A DNA stretch of 64,000 bases from assembly GCA_965204345.1 (NCBI GenBank), contig OZ241981.1:1888001-1952000 (forward strand), written 5' to 3'. The translations under genes were made by a program, and so were the position numbers. Shown piece by piece: positions 60,792 to 64,000 of this stretch. The number at the start of each line of letters is the position of its first letter. Position 1 is the stretch's first letter. The notes below the pieces were generated by a model, which saw only the letters and a list, made by a program, of their open reading frames with translations, had not been told where the DNA came from and did no database searches. Origin of the DNA: Nitrosopumilus sp. (lineage in GTDB: Archaea > Thermoproteota > Nitrososphaeria > Nitrososphaerales > Nitrosopumilaceae).

Positions 60792-61155
60792 TTAAATCGA
60801 CTTTTCATTCTTACAATCTTGTTTATATCCCTTGGTGTAAAATTAGAACTTTGATGTTTTTTACACCAGTGGGTTTTGCTGCATTTGATTTAATTTTCCA
60901 TAAATTTTTGATGAACTCTTTGATTTCATTTTCTTGGACTAGTGCTTTTCCAGTTACACAATATCTAGTCCCTTCAAATGTGGTACCCGTAGTATATGCT
61001 TGTAAGATATTTTTAGATGATTTCATAGAAGCGTTACGCATTGGTATACAGTTTGTATGTTTGTCCTTAGTACATCTAAACATGAAATACACTTCTTTCA
61101 TTTTAATCGACTTTTTTCATTCTTACAATCTTGTTTATGTTTATCGGTGTAAAAT
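60786..61155. repeat. Imperfect ~58-bp direct repeats (60786-60843, 61096-61155) bracketing a small ORF
   Basis: TTTCATTT(A/T)AATCGACTTTT(TT)CATTCTTACAATCTTGTTTAT.....GGTGTAAAAT occurs twice. Confidence 0.88.
60823..61101 (-). CDS. 92-aa basic hypothetical protein between the repeats
   Basis: ATG lies in the right repeat and the stop in the left repeat. Confidence 0.5.
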   Translation of the reverse strand: MKEVYFMFRCTKDKHTNCIPMRNASMKSSKNILQAYTTGTTFEGTRYCVTGKALVQENEIKEFIKNLWKIKSNAAKPTGVKNIKVLILHQGI

Positions 61156-61489
61156 GCCTGTTAAAATGCTTCATTGAGCAATGGCATTTCTGCAAGAAAA
61201 TAATTACTGCTCAATGGATAATGTTCCATCACATTGACATGACTTGCATTTTCCATTAACAATTTGTGATTTTCTGTCTGCTGTGATTATGTGGTTTGTA
61301 AGTGAATGCTCACATTTAGAACAAACACTTTTCTGTTCCACGCCAATTCCGACTCTCATAGTTTTCATACTGTCTTCTTGTTGTTAAATTTTTGTTGCCA
61401 TGTCTTGGACTATTGTTTCTTGGATAATATTTGTTGGGTGCATATGATGGTATCATACCCGGGGTCAAAAAACGGATTTGATAATCGCT

Positions 61490-62235
61490 GAACTGTACTT
61501 TGGGATTTTTTGATGGCTGGATATCTAAGAAAATCGTATCTTGTAGTTTGCTGCCAAATTCCAGTAATCAGATCATCAAAATATACCAACCCTGAATTGA
61601 ATCATCCTATGAAATGTCTAGGGTTTGGAACAATGTACAAGATTATTTATATGCTGATAGTAATATGCTATGATTATGGCAAATATATTGCTAAAAGGCT
61701 ATCAATGTGAGGTTGTGTTCACAAATGGATTCCAAGAGATGAATCAAACCGAGGACGAATGAGGTAAGATTTCATGGCAGACAAGAACAAAAATCATGAT
61801 TTTTCATGTGATAACTGTGGCAAAATAAATACCACATGTCCACCTGACAGTGTGCATACGCAATTTTTGGTCAAGAAGGACGGTGAGGAATGTATTGAAA
61901 GGTTTCCTGTGTGTACTGTATGTAATCATAAAAATAAAAGATATTGGTGTCGTGTTGGCAAGATCTTTTTTAGTTCTAAATCAAAAAAAACCTAGACAAC
62001 CTTATGATGCTTATTCCAAACCAGGATTATTTGACTGAATCATTGCAACATCTGTGTGTTAGAAATTTTTTCAGATATGCTTCTGTCCAGTTCGGTCTAT
62101 CCTCACCTAGATTTTCACCTCAAACACTATGTTGGATTTATCTCACATACAGCTAATTACTGGAATCTAACGGCAAACTGCAAGAGATGATTTTCTTAAA
62201 TTATCTAACCATCAAAAAGACTCAAAATACAATTC
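61490..62235. repeat. ~80-bp imperfect inverted repeats (61490-61568 / 62156-62235)
   Basis: ATTACTGGAAT..GCAAACT.CAAGA..GATTTTCTTA..TATC..CCATCAAAAA..CAAA.TACA.TTC, about 80% identical by eye. Confidence 0.75.
61774..61995 (+). CDS. Small Zn-finger protein
   Basis: CDNC...CPPD...CTVC..YWC. Confidence 0.6.
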   Translation: MADKNKNHDFSCDNCGKINTTCPPDSVHTQFLVKKDGEECIERFPVCTVCNHKNKRYWCRVGKIFFSSKSKKT

Positions 62236-62325
62236 CGAGAATAATATTTGTGATTTGTGGCATGAGACACCAAAATTTATCAAAACTTTACAACGCTATA
62301 ATTTGCACCTGATCCAACTGATCTT

Positions 62326-63000
62326 TTAGAGGGGACAAGAAACTACTATTTCAACCAATTCTGAATCAGACGCATAATGTAATTTTACAGTAGTAAAATT
62401 AGGTGTTGTGTTAATTTCTTCATACTCGTCTACTAGCACTTCCTTGCCATGAACTAAATAAATGAACTCGCGAAATTCTGCGGTTCCATTGAATTCAATA
62501 CAGTAATCTTTAAGCACATTAGATTCAAGGGATGGATGCGTCACCACCAAATTCCCTTCCTCTTTTGTTGGTGTTAAAGATATATTCAAAGTATAATACT
62601 CAATCACATATTCTGGATCTGAATAAATCTCAACAGAGTCAACTACCCCTTCATTTGTTTGATATGTAATGTAATGGTAATCCCCATCATAAAAAACGGA
62701 TGTGGTAATCTGTGGTGCGTCATATTCTGAATATAACACAGTATCCCAGTTTAGGTGTTTTGCGGTTTCAAAATAAACACAAGCCCAATTAGAATTAGGC
62801 CGTAAAACAAGTACGTGCTCGGGATTAGGGCAAGTGAGAGGATCACCTACTTGCCTGTCCTCTAGAATTTCTTTTAATGAGTTAAAGTGCCCATGTCCTT
62901 GATATATTTGTCCATAAGCATCAAAGTCAAAAGTAAATTGTGTTATGGCACCCAGTATTATGAGTATTGGCAACGATGCTAAGAGAATTGTTCTGTTCAT
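62326..63000 (-). CDS. Secreted protein with C-x~15-CV..TA..L.W motif
   Basis: Signal peptide; TCPNPEHVLVLRPNSNWACVYFETAKHLNWD. Confidence 0.75.
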   Translation of the reverse strand: MNRTILLASLPILIILGAITQFTFDFDAYGQIYQGHGHFNSLKEILEDRQVGDPLTCPNPEHVLVLRPNSNWACVYFETAKHLNWDTVLYSEYDAPQITTSVFYDGDYHYITYQTNEGVVDSVEIYSDPEYVIEYYTLNISLTPTKEEGNLVVTHPSLESNVLKDYCIEFNGTAEFREFIYLVHGKEVLVDEYEEINTTPNFTTVKLHYASDSELVEIVVSCPL

Positions 63001-63058
63001 AGTTGTGATCCAACTAGATTTGTTATTAACATTTCAAATAAAAAAAAGAAAGAGGAAA

Positions 63059-64000
63059 TCACCATTGTAGATTCAATTGTGATTTGATGTGATGATATGG
63101 TTCATATGAGGTATAACTACTACCAACCCTACTTATAGTTAAACCATAAACATCTGCATTGCCGTTAGATTGTGGTTTGAACATTGCTGAACCACTATCA
63201 CCAGGTGATGATGCTCCCCTAATTAGACCCCTATCTGATCTCTCATTGACAACTTGTCCATAATGGGCAAAACTTCCAAGTCCATCCCAAACTAAGATAG
63301 TTCCCGAGGGGGTCGGTGAATTATTTCTTGCTTGAACTGGGTATGTGGTGCCAATATCTGGAGCCCATATACTATCATACATCCAATGTCCGCCTGTAAA
63401 TTGTACAAATGCACAATCACATAAACGATCACCTATTGCTCTAGTTATGCCAACTACATCACTGCTCCTTTTTGGTTGAACAACTTGTTCATTTCCATTT
63501 GGAACTTCATGTTTTGCAATAATGAAGCCATAACCATAGTTTTTATGCAATGCTTTGAATCCCAATGTGTTTCCATAACCTGTTGAGCCTTGGTGAGCTA
63601 CTGATATTCCGCCCTTAGCTGGATGACATGACGATGTTGCATTTGGACAAGAGGTTGAATGTGTTAAAACCATTTCTTCAAAGATAGTTTCCACATCTAC
63701 CTCAATGACATTTTCTAATTCTGTAGTAAATGCATCTCGGTCTCCTGCATAACTGCTAGTCTCAAAGTCATCAGGATCAACCATGACTATCATCTTTCTG
63801 TATTTGTTTTCTGAAAATACATCATAGACACCATTTGTGTTCAGATAATTTTCAGTCAAGGTTTCCAAAGCATCATCAAAGATTGCCTGTGTCTCATCAT
63901 CTAAGATGTAAGACTCAATATTCAATTTTTCAACTTCATCAGCATTCTTCCATAGTTTGACGTTTTCTGCCTTTTTGTCTTTGATTCGTTTTTCAATTTT
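63059..64000 (-). CDS. S1 (chymotrypsin/alpha-lytic-like) serine protease with acidic prodomain; 5' end lies beyond the window
   Basis: GFIIAKH, CDCAFV and PGDSGS triad; the frame stays open to the window edge. Confidence 0.8.
   Translation of the reverse strand, partial: KIEKRIKDKKAENVKLWKNADEVEKLNIESYILDDETQAIFDDALETLTENYLNTNGVYDVFSENKYRKMIVMVDPDDFETSSYAGDRDAFTTELENVIEVDVETIFEEMVLTHSTSCPNATSSCHPAKGGISVAHQGSTGYGNTLGFKALHKNYGYGFIIAKHEVPNGNEQVVQPKRSSDVVGITRAIGDRLCDCAFVQFTGGHWMYDSIWAPDIGTTYPVQARNNSPTPSGTILVWDGLGSFAHYGQVVNERSDRGLIRGASSPGDSGSAMFKPQSNGNADVYGLTISRVGSSYTSYEPYHHIKSQLNLQW

Overview
AT-rich archaeal chromosomal window with the gene content of an ammonia-oxidising thaumarchaeon (Nitrosopumilaceae-like): archaeal TBP, class I LysRS, Elp3, CofG/CofH, PAC2, type II MetAP. 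A host-associated lifestyle is only inferred, from the giant surface protein and the many secreted proteases. Housekeeping blocks alternate with accessory segments. (i) At the left edge is a cas1 gene interrupted by a 72-bp insertion: a 37-bp duplication of its own coding sequence plus a 35-bp unique stretch. This is the geometry of a CRISPR spacer integrated into cas1 itself. A second duplication with the same 72-bp period lies at 59.3 kb. (ii) Downstream of tRNA-Arg(GCG) are a PD-(D/E)XK-type protein and an 18-kb gene for a 6040-aa Ig-repeat surface protein. (iii) Around tRNA-Pro(TGG) and through to the right edge is a zone of secreted proteases, including an S8+S1 double protease. Each protease is followed by a small secreted partner, and the zone also holds inverted and direct repeats and gene relics. 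All identities and alignments were judged by eye; no database searches were run.
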